This document shows positions 40,995-54,805 of a stretch of DNA of 64,000 bases, piece after piece. A model generated the notes under the pieces. The model was not told where the DNA came from, did not search any database, and worked only from the letters and a program-made list of their open reading frames with translations. The DNA comes from Escherichia coli (GTDB lineage: Bacteria; Pseudomonadota; Gammaproteobacteria; Enterobacterales; Enterobacteriaceae): NCBI RefSeq assembly GCF_013315695.1, contig NZ_CP054353.1; one strand, 5' to 3'. Each line of letters opens with the position of its first letter. The stretch's first letter is position 1. Position numbers and translations under genes: made by a program.

Positions 40995-41762
40995 GTGTTT
41001 AATTCTGACAACCTGAGACTCGACGGAAAATGCGCCATCATCACAGGTGCGGGTGCAGGTATTGGTAAAGAAATTGCCATTACATTCGCGACAGCTGGCG
41101 CATCTGTGGTGGTCAGTGATATTAATGCCGATGCAGCTAATCATGTTGTAGACGAAATTCAACAACTGGGTGGTCAGGCATTTGCCTGCCGCTGCGATAT
41201 TACTTCCGAACAGGAACTCTCTGCACTGGCAGACTTTGCCGTCAGTAAGCTGGGTAAAGTTGATATCCTGGTTAACAACGCCGGTGGCGGTGGGCCTAAA
41301 CCGTTTGATATGCCAATGGCAGATTTTTGTCGCGCTTATGAACTGAATGTGTTTTCTTTTTTCCATCTGTCACAACTTGTTGCGCCAGAAATGGAAAAAA
41401 ATGGCGGTGGCGTTATTCTGACCATTACTTCTATGGCGGCAGAAAATAAAAATATAAACATGACCTCCTATGCCTCATCTAAAGCTGCGGCCAGTCATCT
41501 GGTCAGAAATATGGCGTTTGACCTGGGTGAAAAAAATATTCGGGTGAATGGCATTGCGCCGGGGGCAATATTAACCGATGCCCTGAAATCCGTTATTACA
41601 CCAGAAATTGAACAAAAAATGTTACAACACACGCCGATCAGACGTCTGGGCCAACCGCAAGATATTGCTAACGCGGCGCTGTTCCTTTGCTCGCCTGCAG
41701 CCAGCTGGGTAAGCGGACAAATTCTCACGGTCTCCGGTGGTGGGGTACAGGAGCTCAATTAA
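40995..41762 (+). CDS. hdhA: 7-alpha-hydroxysteroid dehydrogenase (SDR family)
   Basis: 255-aa ORF; TGAGAGIG cofactor motif, YxxxK catalytic motif (YASSKAAASHL). Confidence 0.93.
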   Translation: MFNSDNLRLDGKCAIITGAGAGIGKEIAITFATAGASVVVSDINADAANHVVDEIQQLGGQAFACRCDITSEQELSALADFAVSKLGKVDILVNNAGGGGPKPFDMPMADFCRAYELNVFSFFHLSQLVAPEMEKNGGGVILTITSMAAENKNINMTSYASSKAAASHLVRNMAFDLGEKNIRVNGIAPGAILTDALKSVITPEIEQKMLQHTPIRRLGQPQDIANAALFLCSPAASWVSGQILTVSGGGVQELN

Positions 41763-41855
41763 TACACTAACGGACCGGTAAACAGCCGTATGTGTTGTTT
41801 ACCGGGATAAACTCATCAACGTCTCAGCTAAATAACTGGCAGCCAAATTACGGCT

Positions 41856-41869
41856 ATTGGTTAACCAAT
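41856..41869. promoter_or_regulatory. Palindrome ATTGGTTAACCAAT upstream of uidR (candidate operator)
   Basis: Perfect 14-bp palindrome; a near-identical copy lies upstream of uidA (42903..42916). Confidence 0.4.
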
Positions 41870-41982
41870 TTCCGAGTGAAAAGTATACGAATAGAGTGTG
41901 CCTTCGCACTATTCAACAGCAATGATAGGCGCTCACCTGACAACGCGGTAAACTAGTTATTCACGCTAACTATAATGGTTTT

Positions 41983-42573
41983 ATGATGGATAACATGCAG
42001 ACTGAAGCACAACCGACACGGACCCGGATCCTCAATGCTGCCAGAGAGATTTTTTCAGAAAATGGATTTCACAGTGCCTCGATGAAAGCCATCTGTAAAT
42101 CTTGCGCCATTAGTCCCGGGACGCTCTATCACCATTTCATCTCCAAAGAAGCCCTGATTCAGGCGATTATCTTACAGGACCAGGAGAGGGCACTGGCCCG
42201 TTTCCGGGAACCGATTGAAGGGATTCATTTCGTTGACTATATGGTCGAGTCTATTGTCTCTCTCACCCATGAAGCCTTTGGGCAACGGGCGCTGGTGGTC
42301 GAAATTATGGCGGAAGGGATGCGCAACCCACAGGTCGCCGCCATGCTTAAAAATAAGCATATGACGATCACGGAATTTGTTGCCCAGCGGATGCGTGATG
42401 CCCAGCAAAAAGGCGAGATAAGCCCAGATATCAACACGGCAATGACTTCACGTTTACTGCTGGATCTGACCTACGGTGTACTGGCCGATATCGAAGCGGA
42501 AGATCTGGCGCGTGAAGCGTCGTTTGCTCAGGGATTACGCGCGATGATTGGCGGTATATTAACCGCATCCTGA
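41983..42573 (+). CDS. uidR: TetR-family repressor of the gus operon UidR
   Basis: 196-aa ORF with TetR HTH. Confidence 0.93.
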   Translation: MMDNMQTEAQPTRTRILNAAREIFSENGFHSASMKAICKSCAISPGTLYHHFISKEALIQAIILQDQERALARFREPIEGIHFVDYMVESIVSLTHEAFGQRALVVEIMAEGMRNPQVAAMLKNKHMTITEFVAQRMRDAQQKGEISPDINTAMTSRLLLDLTYGVLADIEAEDLAREASFAQGLRAMIGGILTAS

Positions 42574-42886
42574 TCCTCTCTCTCTTTCCGCGGGCTGGTG
42601 ACAACTGAGCCCGCGTTTCATATCGTAATTTCTCTGTGCAAAAATCATCCTCCCCGGGATCGGAGAATCCCACCTAAATATTCATCATAGCAATATATCA
42701 TGAGGGTTTATCGTTCCCAATATGTTCGAACGAACGTTCGATTGCTTATTTTGCGGCTTCTGTCAACGCTGTTTTAAAGATTAATGCGATCAATATCACG
42801 CTGTGGGTATTGCAGTTTTTGGTTTTTTGATCGCGGTGTCAGTTCTTTTTATTTCCATTTCTCTTCCGTGGGTTTCTCACAGATAA

Positions 42887-42916
42887 CTGTGTGCAACACA
42901 GAATTGGTTAACTAAT
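42887..42916. promoter_or_regulatory. Palindrome cluster in uidA promoter (candidate operator region)
   Basis: ctgtgt-gca-acacag inverted repeat followed directly by attggttaactaat; a separate cgaacgttcg palindrome sits at 42731..42740. Confidence 0.4.
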
Positions 42917-42962
42917 CAGATTAAAGGTTGACCAGTATTTTTATTTTAATGAGGAGTCCCTT

Positions 42963-45838
<2,876 letters not shown>

Positions 45839-45853
45839 GGTAATGACTCCAAC

Positions 45854-46357
45854 TTATTGATAGTGTTTTATGTTCAGATAATGCCCGATGACTTTGTCAT
45901 GCAGCTCCACCGATTTTGAGAACGACAGCGACTTCCGTCCCAGCCGTGCCAGGTGCTGCCTCAGATTCAGGTTATGCCGCTCAATTCGCTGCGTATATCG
46001 CTTGCTGATTACGTGCAGCTTTCCCTTCAGGCGGGATTCATACAGCGGCCAGCCATCCGTCATCCATATCACCACGTCAAAGGGTGACAGCAGGCTCATA
46101 AGACGCCCCAGCGTCGCCATAGTGCGTTCACCGAATACGTGCGCAACAACCGTCTTCCGGAGCCTGTCATACGCGTAAAACAGCCAGCGCTGGCGCGATT
46201 TAGCCCCGACATAGCCCCACTGTTCGTCCATTTCCGCGCAGACGATGACGTCACTGCCCGGCTGTATGCGCGAGGTTACCGACTGCGGCCTGAGTTTTTT
46301 AAGTGACGTAAAATCGTGTTGAGGCCAACGCCCATAATGCGGGCTGTTGCCCGGCAT
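45854..46357 (-). CDS. insB: IS1 transposase InsB
   Basis: 167-aa [61 protein letters not shown]... Confidence 0.95.
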
Positions 46358-46551
46358 CCAACGCCATTCATGGCCATATCAATGATTTTCTGGTGCGTAC
46401 CGGGTTGAGAAGCGGTGTAAGTGAACTGCAGTTGCCATGTTTTACGGCAGTGAGAGCAGAGATAGCGCTGATGTCCGGCGGTGCTTTTGCCGTTACGCAC
46501 CACCCCGTCAGTAGCTGAACAGGAGGGACAGCTGATAGAAACAGAAGCCAC
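46276..46551 (-). CDS. insA: IS1 InsA
   Basis: 91-aa [46 protein letters not shown]... Confidence 0.95.
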
Positions 46552-46606
46552 TGGAGCACCTCAAAAACACCATCATACACTAAATCAGTAAGTTGGCAGC
46601 ATCACC

Positions 46607-47310
46607 TTCGTGATGAAGGGGTGTATAACAGCCAGACGGGAAAATACGATAAACATCGCGCACGTTCTTTTTTAGCCGCCAGTTGGCATGATGATACCAG
46701 TCGCTATTCTCTGGGGGCATCGGTACAGAAAGATGTTTCCAATCAGTTACAAAGTATTCTCGAGAAAAGCATACCGCTCGACCCGAATTATACGTTGAAA
46801 GGGGAGTTGCTCGGCTTTTACGCGCAACTTGAAGGTTTAAGTCGTAATACCAGCCAGCCCAATGAAACGGCGTTAGTTAGTGGACAATTGACCTGGAATG
46901 CGCCGTGGGGAAGCGTATTTGGCAGTGGTGGTTATTTGCGCCATGCAATGAATGGTGCCGTGGTGGATACCGACATTGGCTATCCCTTTTCATTAAGTCT
47001 TGATCGTAACCGTGAAGGAATGCAGTCCTGGCAATTGGGCGTCAACTATCGTTTAACTCCGCAATTTACGCTGACATTTGCACCGATTGTGACCCGCGGC
47101 TATGAATCCAGTAAACGAGATGTGCGGATTGAAGGCGCGGGTATCTTAGGGGGTATGAACTATCGGGTCAGCGAAGGGCCGTTACAAGGGATGAATTTCT
47201 TTCTTGCTGCCGATAAAGGGCGGGAAAAGCGCGATGGCAGTGCGCTGGGCGATCGCCTGAATTACTGGGATGTGAAAATGAGTATTCAGTATGACTTTAT
47301 GCTGAAGTAA
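46607..47310 (+). pseudogene. uidC: Outer-membrane glucuronide porin uidC, 5'-truncated (C-terminal ~230 codons remain)
   Basis: 229-aa ORF starts immediately after IS1; beta-strand-rich sequence ending ...YDFMLK; position between uidB and ydgA. Confidence 0.7.
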
Positions 47311-47319
47311 GAAAAAAAT

Positions 47320-47346
47320 GCCGGAGAGAAAAATCTCCGGCGTTTT
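47320..47346. terminator. Bidirectional hairpin between convergent uidC and ydgA
   Basis: gccggagag-aaaaa-tctccggc followed by gtttt, preceded by A-run. Confidence 0.6.
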
Positions 47347-47355
47347 GGCTGTGAA

Positions 47356-48864
47356 TTACTGCTGCGGAATAGCGGGTACAGCCGGAACGTTTAATGCCGG
47401 CATCGCAAACATCCCAACAAAATCTTCCAGTGGCATTTTCTGCCCGTTTAACGTGATCTGACCGTTAGCATATTGCAGGCTGGTGGTGATGGTATTGTCC
47501 TGCAAGGTGGTCAGGCGGAACATCTGCCCCATTGCTGACGCACCTTCAACTTGCTGTTTCGCCAGTTTTTTTGCTTGATCTTCCTGATAACCTTCCAGCT
47601 TCGCTACCTGAGTCATAAACTCAGTTGCCATATCCACCGGAATGGTCAGTTTCGCATCCAGAGATTTAACCGAGCGGTCTACTTCCTGCGCCAGCGTTTG
47701 CGGCGCTTCTTTAGTCGTTGCCGGATCTTTCAGGAACAGCGACAGATTCAGCGCACTTTCACCCTGACTGTTTTTCCAGCTTAGCGGCGCGATAGTAATC
47801 ACCGGATCGCCTTTCAACATCAGCGGCAGGGCGCTAAAGAAGGCTTCCGTCACTTTCTCCTGATAAAGTTCGGGATTGTTGGCAATTTCTGGCTGTGCCA
47901 GCAGCGCCTGAGTTTGCGCGTTATATTGCTGGCTAAACTGATGCCAGGCTTCACCATCAATCTGGCCGACTTTTAAAGTCAGCTTGCCGCTGCCTAGATC
48001 CTGATTCTGTACCTTCAGGCTGTTTAGCGAGTAATCCAGTTGGCTATTGATCGTTTTACCGTCATTGACCAGATCCGATTTACCGCTGATCTCCATGCCT
48101 TCCAGCAGTGCCAGTTCTTTGCCTTCCACTGAAATGGTCATTTTTTCCAGTGACAGTTTTTGGTTTCCTACGCGCTCACCAAAACTTGCCAGCGTGCTGG
48201 AACCGTCGGTTTTCAGATTATTAAAGGTCAACTGCACTTTCTGGTTGTATTCGTTAACTGCGTCTATCCGACCACTTTGCGCCTCCCCGGAAAGGGAGAT
48301 AGCTTTGCCGTCTCTGTCCGCATTTAACTGGAACTCGCCGCCGCTAAAGGCGACTTTTTCATCCTTTTGCTCGTAATTCAGTGGCTTGAGCGAAATATCG
48401 GAACTGGAATCTCCGCTGTAACCAATGCGGGAGTTAATCTCAAAAGGCGTTTCACCTTTTGCCATATCAAACAGTGGCTTGCTAACTTCGTTATTAACCA
48501 GCGTGGTTTGAATTGATGCCATCGACGGGAGCAGGTTCAGTTTTTTTAGCTGGGCAAGGGGGAAGGGACCATGATCAACCGATTCGTTGAAGATGACGCT
48601 CTGACCGCTTTTAATCCACGGATTTTCTTTCCCGGCAATGGGTTTCACCAACAGTTGCAATTGGCTGCTGAATACGCCGCGATGATAGTTTTGATAACTC
48701 ACTTCCAGGTTGGATTCAGGAGCGGTCAGTTTGAGTTGCGCGTTCGCCTGCGCGACCATCTCTTCGAGATGGGTTTCAATCTTCTTGCCTGTATACCATG
48801 CGCCGCCTGTCCAGACTACGCCTAGCGCAACAATGACGCCTACCGCTACCAGCGATTTATTCAT
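47356..48864 (-). CDS. ydgA: DUF945 family protein YdgA
   Basis: 502-aa ORF with N-terminal signal/anchor; synteny. Confidence 0.88.
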   Translation of the reverse strand: MNKSLVAVGVIVALGVVWTGGAWYTGKKIETHLEEMVAQANAQLKLTAPESNLEVSYQNYHRGVFSSQLQLLVKPIAGKENPWIKSGQSVIFNESVDHGPFPLAQLKKLNLLPSMASIQTTLVNNEVSKPLFDMAKGETPFEINSRIGYSGDSSSDISLKPLNYEQKDEKVAFSGGEFQLNADRDGKAISLSGEAQSGRIDAVNEYNQKVQLTFNNLKTDGSSTLASFGERVGNQKLSLEKMTISVEGKELALLEGMEISGKSDLVNDGKTINSQLDYSLNSLKVQNQDLGSGKLTLKVGQIDGEAWHQFSQQYNAQTQALLAQPEIANNPELYQEKVTEAFFSALPLMLKGDPVITIAPLSWKNSQGESALNLSLFLKDPATTKEAPQTLAQEVDRSVKSLDAKLTIPVDMATEFMTQVAKLEGYQEDQAKKLAKQQVEGASAMGQMFRLTTLQDNTITTSLQYANGQITLNGQKMPLEDFVGMFAMPALNVPAVPAIPQQ

Positions 48865-48964
48865 AATGATTATCCATAAAATGAAATCAGGCGGACTGGC
48901 CGCCTGAAGGTGTTATAAGCCTTTAATAAGCTTAGCAAGAGATGTTAATTTTTTCAGTAAGCTC

Positions 48965-50140
48965 TTACAGCTTGTTGTAAACACGCGCTAAACGGCCGTG
49001 GCCTTTGACAGTCACCGGTGATTCGTTGGCGGCAATAAACGCTGATTCACCCGGTTTAAGCTGTAACTGCTGAGAACCTTTCCACAGCGTTGCATCGCCT
49101 TCGACGCAGAACAAAATGGCGGCACTCTGCTGGCTGATGGTGGTTTCTTTATCACTAAGGTCATGCAGCGAGAAGGCAAAATCATCCACAGGAATCGGGA
49201 AGTCCAGTTCTGCACCTTGTTTCACCGGCTGGGTCAACAACTGGTTAGCCGGTTTGGCTTCGAACTTCACATTGGCAACCAGTTCCGGAATATCAATATA
49301 TTTAGGCGTCAGACCCGCACGCAGCACGTTATCGGAGTTCGCCATCACTTCCAGCGCCACGCCTTGCAGGTAAGCGTGCGGCGTTTCAGCGAACAGGAAC
49401 ATCGCTTCGCCAGGATTCAATTTCACCACATTCAGCAACAGCGGGGAGAACAGACCGCTGTCATCCGGGTAAAATTCAGAAATTAAACGAATCGTTTGCC
49501 ACGGTTCACCCTGCTGACTGTCGAGCGCCGATTTTAAAATCGCCAGCGCGCGGGATTTTTCTTCACCCTGCATATTCAACAGGCTGGCGAACAGTTCGCT
49601 TAAACGTTCGGCATCAGGCTGTTGTAAAAAGTGAGCAATCGCCGGATGTGCACCTGCGACCGGCTGGAGCAGGGAGACAATCTCGGAAAACTCACGAAAC
49701 GCGTTCATCGCAAGGAAAGGCGTCAGCGCAAAAACCAGCTCCGGCTTGTGGTTAGGATCTTTATAGTTACGCTCGGCGGCATCCATCGGAATACCTGCGG
49801 CATTTTCTTTGGCAAAACCGATTTCAGAATTGCGTTTGTTTGGATGAACCTGAATGGAGAGCGGCTGTGCTGCGCATAATACTTTGAACAGGAAAGGCAG
49901 TTCGCCAAAGCGTTTGGCAACGGCCTCTCCGAGCAGAGTCGATTTATCACTCTCAATCACATCACGCAGTGAAACGATATCTCCGGCGGCATTCTGCACT
50001 CGTGAACTGCTTTTCGGATGTGCGCCCATCCACAGCTCGGCCATCGGCTGGCTGGACGGATTTTCCATACCATAAAGTTCAGTCAACGCCGTTTTGCTGC
50101 CCCAGGCATAGTTTTGCACTGAGTTAATGAGTTTTTGCAT
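48965..50140 (-). CDS. manA: Mannose-6-phosphate isomerase
   Basis: Start at MQKLINSVQNYAWGSKTALTELYG (ATG 50138-50140), 391 aa. Confidence 0.95.
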   Translation of the reverse strand: MQKLINSVQNYAWGSKTALTELYGMENPSSQPMAELWMGAHPKSSSRVQNAAGDIVSLRDVIESDKSTLLGEAVAKRFGELPFLFKVLCAAQPLSIQVHPNKRNSEIGFAKENAAGIPMDAAERNYKDPNHKPELVFALTPFLAMNAFREFSEIVSLLQPVAGAHPAIAHFLQQPDAERLSELFASLLNMQGEEKSRALAILKSALDSQQGEPWQTIRLISEFYPDDSGLFSPLLLNVVKLNPGEAMFLFAETPHAYLQGVALEVMANSDNVLRAGLTPKYIDIPELVANVKFEAKPANQLLTQPVKQGAELDFPIPVDDFAFSLHDLSDKETTISQQSAAILFCVEGDATLWKGSQQLQLKPGESAFIAANESPVTVKGHGRLARVYNKL

Positions 50141-50338
50141 GATCAATCCCTGTTTTAATGTGGAAATTAATCCCGCTATTAAAGCAAGAATCCTACGGGA
50201 AGTAACCTGGAGCCGCAAAAAGTCGTACTAGTCTCAGTTTTTGTTAAAAAAGTGTGTAGGATATTGTTATTCGCTTTTAACAGGGCAACGGAACACCCGC
50301 CCAGAGCATAACCAAACCAGGCAGTAAGTGAGAGAACA

Positions 50339-51985
50339 ATGTCAAACAAACCCTTTCATTATCAGGCTCCTTTTCCACTCAAAAAAGATGATACTGAGTA
50401 TTACCTGCTAACCAGCGAACACGTTAGCGTATCTGAATTTGAAGGGCAGGAGATTTTGAAAGTCGCACCCGAAGCGTTAACTTTGTTGGCGCGTCAGGCG
50501 TTTCATGATGCGTCATTTATGCTGCGTCCGGCTCACCAACAACAGGTGGCCGACATTCTGCGTGACCCGGAAGCCAGCGAAAATGATAAATATGTGGCGC
50601 TGCAATTCCTGCGCAACTCCGACATCGCGGCGAAAGGCGTTCTGCCAACCTGTCAGGATACCGGCACCGCGATTATTGTTGGTAAAAAAGGGCAGCGTGT
50701 ATGGACCGGTGGCGGTGATGAAGCGGCGCTGGCACGCGGTGTCTATAACACTTATATCGAAGATAATCTGCGCTACTCGCAAAACGCGCCGCTGGATATG
50801 TATAAAGAGGTGAATACCGGCACCAATCTACCAGCGCAGATCGATCTTTATGCCGTTGATGGCGACGAGTACAAATTCCTCTGTATCGCCAAAGGTGGCG
50901 GTTCGGCAAACAAGACGTATCTCTATCAGGAAACCAAAGCGTTACTAACGCCGGGGAAACTGAAAAATTACCTGGTTGAGAAGATGCGCACGCTGGGTAC
51001 GGCGGCCTGTCCTCCGTATCATATTGCGTTCGTTATTGGTGGAACTTCTGCAGAAACGAACCTTAAAACGGTGAAACTGGCTTCCGCTAAATACTATGAT
51101 GAACTGCCAACGGAAGGGAATGAGCACGGACAGGCGTTCCGCGATGTGGAACTGGAAAAAGAATTGCTGATCGAAGCGCAAAATCTTGGTCTGGGTGCGC
51201 AGTTTGGCGGTAAATACTTCGCTCACGACATCCGCGTGATTCGCCTGCCACGTCACGGCGCATCCTGCCCGGTCGGTATGGGCGTCTCCTGTTCTGCTGA
51301 CCGTAATATCAAAGCAAAGATCAACCGTCAGGGGATTTGGATCGAAAAACTGGAACATAATCCAGGCAAATATATCCCGGAAGAGCTGCGCAAAGCGGGA
51401 GAAGGCGAAGCGGTGCGCGTTGACCTTAACCGTCCGATGAAAGAGATCCTCGCACAGTTGTCGCAGTATCCCGTTTCTACACGCTTATCGCTGAATGGCA
51501 CGATTATCGTTGGTCGTGATATTGCTCACGCCAAACTGAAAGAGCGGATGGATAACGGTGAAGGGCTGCCGCAGTACATTAAAGATCATCCGATTTACTA
51601 CGCGGGTCCGGCCAAAACGCCGGAAGGTTATGCTTCCGGTTCTCTTGGCCCAACGACCGCCGGCCGGATGGATTCTTATGTCGATCAACTGCAAGCGCAG
51701 GGCGGAAGTATGATCATGCTGGCGAAAGGCAACCGCAGCCAGCAGGTGACGGATGCCTGTAAAAAACACGGCGGCTTCTACCTTGGCAGTATCGGTGGTC
51801 CGGCCGCTGTATTGGCGCAGGGTAGTATTAAGAGCCTGGAATGTGTTGAATATCCGGAACTGGGAATGGAAGCCATCTGGAAAATTGAAGTGGAAGATTT
51901 CCCGGCATTTATCCTTGTGGATGATAAAGGAAATGACTTCTTCCAGCAGATACAACTCACACAGTGCACCCGCTGTGTGAAATAA
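50339..51985 (+). CDS. fumA: Class I fumarate hydratase FumA
   Basis: 548-aa [32 protein letters not shown]...; could in principle be the paralogue fumB but flanking manA indicates fumA. Confidence 0.92.
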   Translation: MSNKPFHYQAPFPLKKDDTEYYLLTSEHVSVSEFEGQEILKVAPEALTLLARQAFHDASFMLRPAHQQQVADILRDPEASENDKYVALQFLRNSDIAAKGVLPTCQDTGTAIIVGKKGQRVWTGGGDEAALARGVYNTYIEDNLRYSQNAPLDMYKEVNTGTNLPAQIDLYAVDGDEYKFLCIAKGGGSANKTYLYQETKALLTPGKLKNYLVEKMRTLGTAACPPYHIAFVIGGTSAETNLKTVKLASAKYYDELPTEGNEHGQAFRDVELEKELLIEAQNLGLGAQFGGKYFAHDIRVIRLPRHGASCPVGMGVSCSADRNIKAKINRQGIWIEKLEHNPGKYIPEELRKAGEGEAVRVDLNRPMKEILAQLSQYPVSTRLSLNGTIIVGRDIAHAKLKERMDNGEGLPQYIKDHPIYYAGPAKTPEGYASGSLGPTTAGRMDSYVDQLQAQGGSMIMLAKGNRSQQVTDACKKHGGFYLGSIGGPAAVLAQGSIKSLECVEYPELGMEAIWKIEVEDFPAFILVDDKGNDFFQQIQLTQCTRCVK

Positions 51986-52004
51986 ACAGAGCCGCCCTTC
52001 GGGG

Positions 52005-53430
52005 TAATGCCGATCAGTTAAGGATCAGTTGACCGATCCAGTGGCTGTGTAAGAATCCGGAAACGCTCACTTGTTTCCGGATTTTTTTATGCACATTGGA
52101 CAGGCTCTTGATCTGGTATCCCGTTACGATTCTCTGCGTAACCCACTGACTTCTCTGGGGGATTACCTCGACCCCGAACTCATCTCTCGTTGCCTTGCCG
52201 AATCAGGTACTGTAACGCTACGCAAGCGCCGTCTTCCCCTCGAAATGATGGTCTGGTGTATTGTTGGCATGGCGCTTGAGCGTAAAGAACCTCTTCACCA
52301 GATTGTGAATCGCCTGGACATCATGCTGCCGGGCAATCGCCCCTTCGTTGCCCCCAGTGCCGTTATTCAGGCCCGCCAGCGCCTGGGAAGTGAGGCTGTC
52401 CGCCGCGTGTTCACGAAAACAGCGCAGCTCTGGCATAACGCCACGCCGCATCCGCACTGGTGCGGCCTGACCCTGCTGGCCATCGATGGTGTGTTCTGGC
52501 GCACACCGGATACACCAGAGAACGATGCAGCCTTCCCCCGCCAGACACATGCCGGGAACCCGGCGCTCTACCCGCAGGTCAAAATGGTCTGCCAGATGGA
52601 ACTGACCAGCCATCTGCTGACGGCTGCAGCCTTCGGCACGATGAAGAACAGCGAAAATGAGCTTGCTGAGCAACTTATAGAACAAACCGGCGATAACACT
52701 CTGACGTTAATGGATAAAGGTTATTACTCACTGGGACTGTTAAATGCCTGGAGCCTGGCGGGAGAACACCGCCACTGGATGATACCTCTCAGAAAGGGAG
52801 CGCAATATGAAGAGATCAGAAAACTGGGTAAAGGCGATCATCTGGTGAAGCTGAAAACCAGCCCGCAGGCACGAAAAAAGTGGCCGGGACTGGGAAATGA
52901 AGTGACAGCCCGCCTGCTGACCGTGACGCGCAAAGGAAAAGTCTGCCATCTGCTGACGTCGATGACGGACGCCATGCGCTTCCCCGGAGGAGAAATGGCG
53001 GATCTGTACAGTCATCGCTGGGAAATCGAACTGGGATACAGGGAGATAAAACAGACGATGCAACTGAGCAGGCTGACGCTGAGAAGTAAAAAACCGGAGC
53101 TTGTGGAGCAAGAGCTGTGGGGTGTCTTACTGGCTTATAATCTGGTGAGATATCAGATGATTAAAATGGCGGAACATCTGAAAGGTTACTGGCCGAATCA
53201 ACTGAGTTTCTCAGAATCATGCGGAATGGTGATGAGAATGCTGATGACATTGCAGGGCGCTTCACCGGGACGTATACCGGAGCTGATGCGCGATCTTGCA
53301 AGTATGGGACAACTTGTGAAATTACCGACAAGAAGGGAAAGGGCCTTCCCGAGAGTGGTAAAGGAGAGGCCCTGGAAATACCCCACAGCCCCGAAAAAGA
53401 GCCAGTCAGTTGCTTAACTGACTGGCATTA
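52005..53430 (+). mobile_element. IS4 copy 1 (1426 bp), no target-site duplication
   Basis: 18-bp imperfect terminal inverted repeats TAATGCCGATCAGTTAAGG / CCTTAACTGACTGGCATTA; flanks ccgcccttcgggg vs gtccccagggaga differ. Confidence 0.93.
52089..53417 (+). CDS. insG: IS4 transposase (DDE, IS4 family)
   Basis: [66 protein letters not shown]...; identical to the ORF in copy 2. Confidence 0.93.
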   Translation: MHIGQALDLVSRYDSLRNPLTSLGDYLDPELISRCLAESGTVTLRKRRLPLEMMVWCIVGMALERKEPLHQIVNRLDIMLPGNRPFVAPSAVIQARQRLGSEAVRRVFTKTAQLWHNATPHPHWCGLTLLAIDGVFWRTPDTPENDAAFPRQTHAGNPALYPQVKMVCQMELTSHLLTAAAFGTMKNSENELAEQLIEQTGDNTLTLMDKGYYSLGLLNAWSLAGEHRHWMIPLRKGAQYEEIRKLGKGDHLVKLKTSPQARKKWPGLGNEVTARLLTVTRKGKVCHLLTSMTDAMRFPGGEMADLYSHRWEIELGYREIKQTMQLSRLTLRSKKPELVEQELWGVLLAYNLVRYQMIKMAEHLKGYWPNQLSFSESCGMVMRMLMTLQGASPGRIPELMRDLASMGQLVKLPTRRERAFPRVVKERPWKYPTAPKKSQSVA

Positions 53431-54230
53431 GTCCCCAGGGAGACGTTTTCTCCCGTAGCCAGTATTTTTCCATTACGCATCAGAGAGACACCCACGCCCG
53501 ATGCTTTTGTTGCATCTGGTGCTGTGTTAGCAAACACATGTCTGGCACTGTCAGTGGTAGCACCCGAAAGATAAAATGAGAGTTTTTGTTCACTTGAGCA
53601 ATATACGCCAAGGGGTATTTCTGCGCTTCCAGGAAAGTCCGGGAGATTCACGGTGACATTACGACTATCAACGGTGCAACCGCCTGTTGGCATAACAACA
53701 CTGTTATTTGAAATAATATTCCACGTAAAATTACGCGGATTTCCGCTTCCTAACGTGGCAATTTTATACATATGAATACGGGCAATAACTTCCCCTGCTT
53801 TTATGACAACTCCACCGGCCGCTCCGACTGGGGTAATATAGAGTTTTAACGGTAATGGCATCGGTGTCTTATCACCAATATCTAATACATTAGTATTTGT
53901 CGTCAACGGGAAGGGGTAGGTCACATTATTCCAGTACAGTGATCCTTTATATGACTGTAGGGAGCCTGCGAAAGCTGATCCTTGTACCAGGTTTATATGA
54001 TCAGTGTCGTACCAGCCGCCGTAATCATTCCAGCAACTTATATGCTGAGACAAGTCTACAACCAGATTCTGGCCCGGTTGTATTACAGGGTCGAGATTAA
54101 CATAAACAGAGGTTGTACCTGCTCCAATACTTGACCCGCCATCGACATTACAACTGAAGGCAAAAACTTTGCCTGCCATTAATAGAAGATAAATACCGAA
54201 CAGAAGCTTCATACTTATTGTTTTACCCAT
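53431..54230 (-). pseudogene. ydeQ: FimH-like fimbrial tip adhesin (ydeQ-like), C-terminus truncated by IS4
   Basis: 274-aa ORF aligns to FimH-type adhesins (GQNLVVDLS...VMPTGGCTV...VNLPDFPGS...) but stops 7 codons inside IS4 copy 1, missing roughly the last 35 residues. Confidence 0.7.
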
Positions 54231-54289
54231 GATATATCCTAAGGTTAAAAAATTGATTTAAAAAGGAGGCTAAGAAAATCGAATCGACG

Positions 54290-54793
54290 TTATTGCCAGG
54301 TGTAGATCACATTGATTAGCGCCTCGATCGTTCCCTGGCTTGCGTTTCCATTCACCGTGATAGCTCTTGCCTTAAGTGGAAACTGTGCATTACGAGTGAT
54401 CTCATCAACAATAACCGTTTTGCTATCGCCATTTTTTAACGTCGCATCCTGGTCATCCCTTAGCTCTATCTGAATATTTTCGGCTGTACCTTCATTTTTG
54501 TAATACCCCGTATTGTCAGTTGAACCTGTCACGATTGCCGTCACTGCACTTGTTTCAACCGGACAATCGGTTAATGACAAAGTAATATTGTGCCAGCCAG
54601 ATGCAGAACCAGGTTGTTGCAGATTGCGTGTATAAAGATCCCCGAGATTAACGTTAGCTTCTTTGGTTTGAATAGTGCATGGTTTAGCGCCTACCCGACC
54701 ATTAACAGTGATAGTGACATCGGCGGCCTGGAGAGTTGCTGTGAATAATGTGCAAAACGTAGCTAACAGGAACCTCTTGTGAAGTCTTTTCAT
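54290..54793 (-). CDS. ydeR: Fimbrial minor subunit (ydeR-like), 167 aa
   Basis: Signal peptide plus type 1 pilin-like sequence ending ...YTWQ; length matches remembered YdeR. Confidence 0.7.
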   Translation of the reverse strand: MKRLHKRFLLATFCTLFTATLQAADVTITVNGRVGAKPCTIQTKEANVNLGDLYTRNLQQPGSASGWHNITLSLTDCPVETSAVTAIVTGSTDNTGYYKNEGTAENIQIELRDDQDATLKNGDSKTVIVDEITRNAQFPLKARAITVNGNASQGTIEALINVIYTWQ

Positions 54794-54805
54794 ATCTGAC
54801 TCTGA

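Larger units (their letters stand above)
45839..46606 (-). mobile_element. IS1 (768 bp), no flanking target-site duplication
   Basis: Ends GGTAATGACTCCAACTTATTGATAGTG... and ...GGCAGCATCACC match IS1 terminal repeats; contains insA and insB; flanks cggcgtgcg vs ttcgtgatg do not match. Confidence 0.95.
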
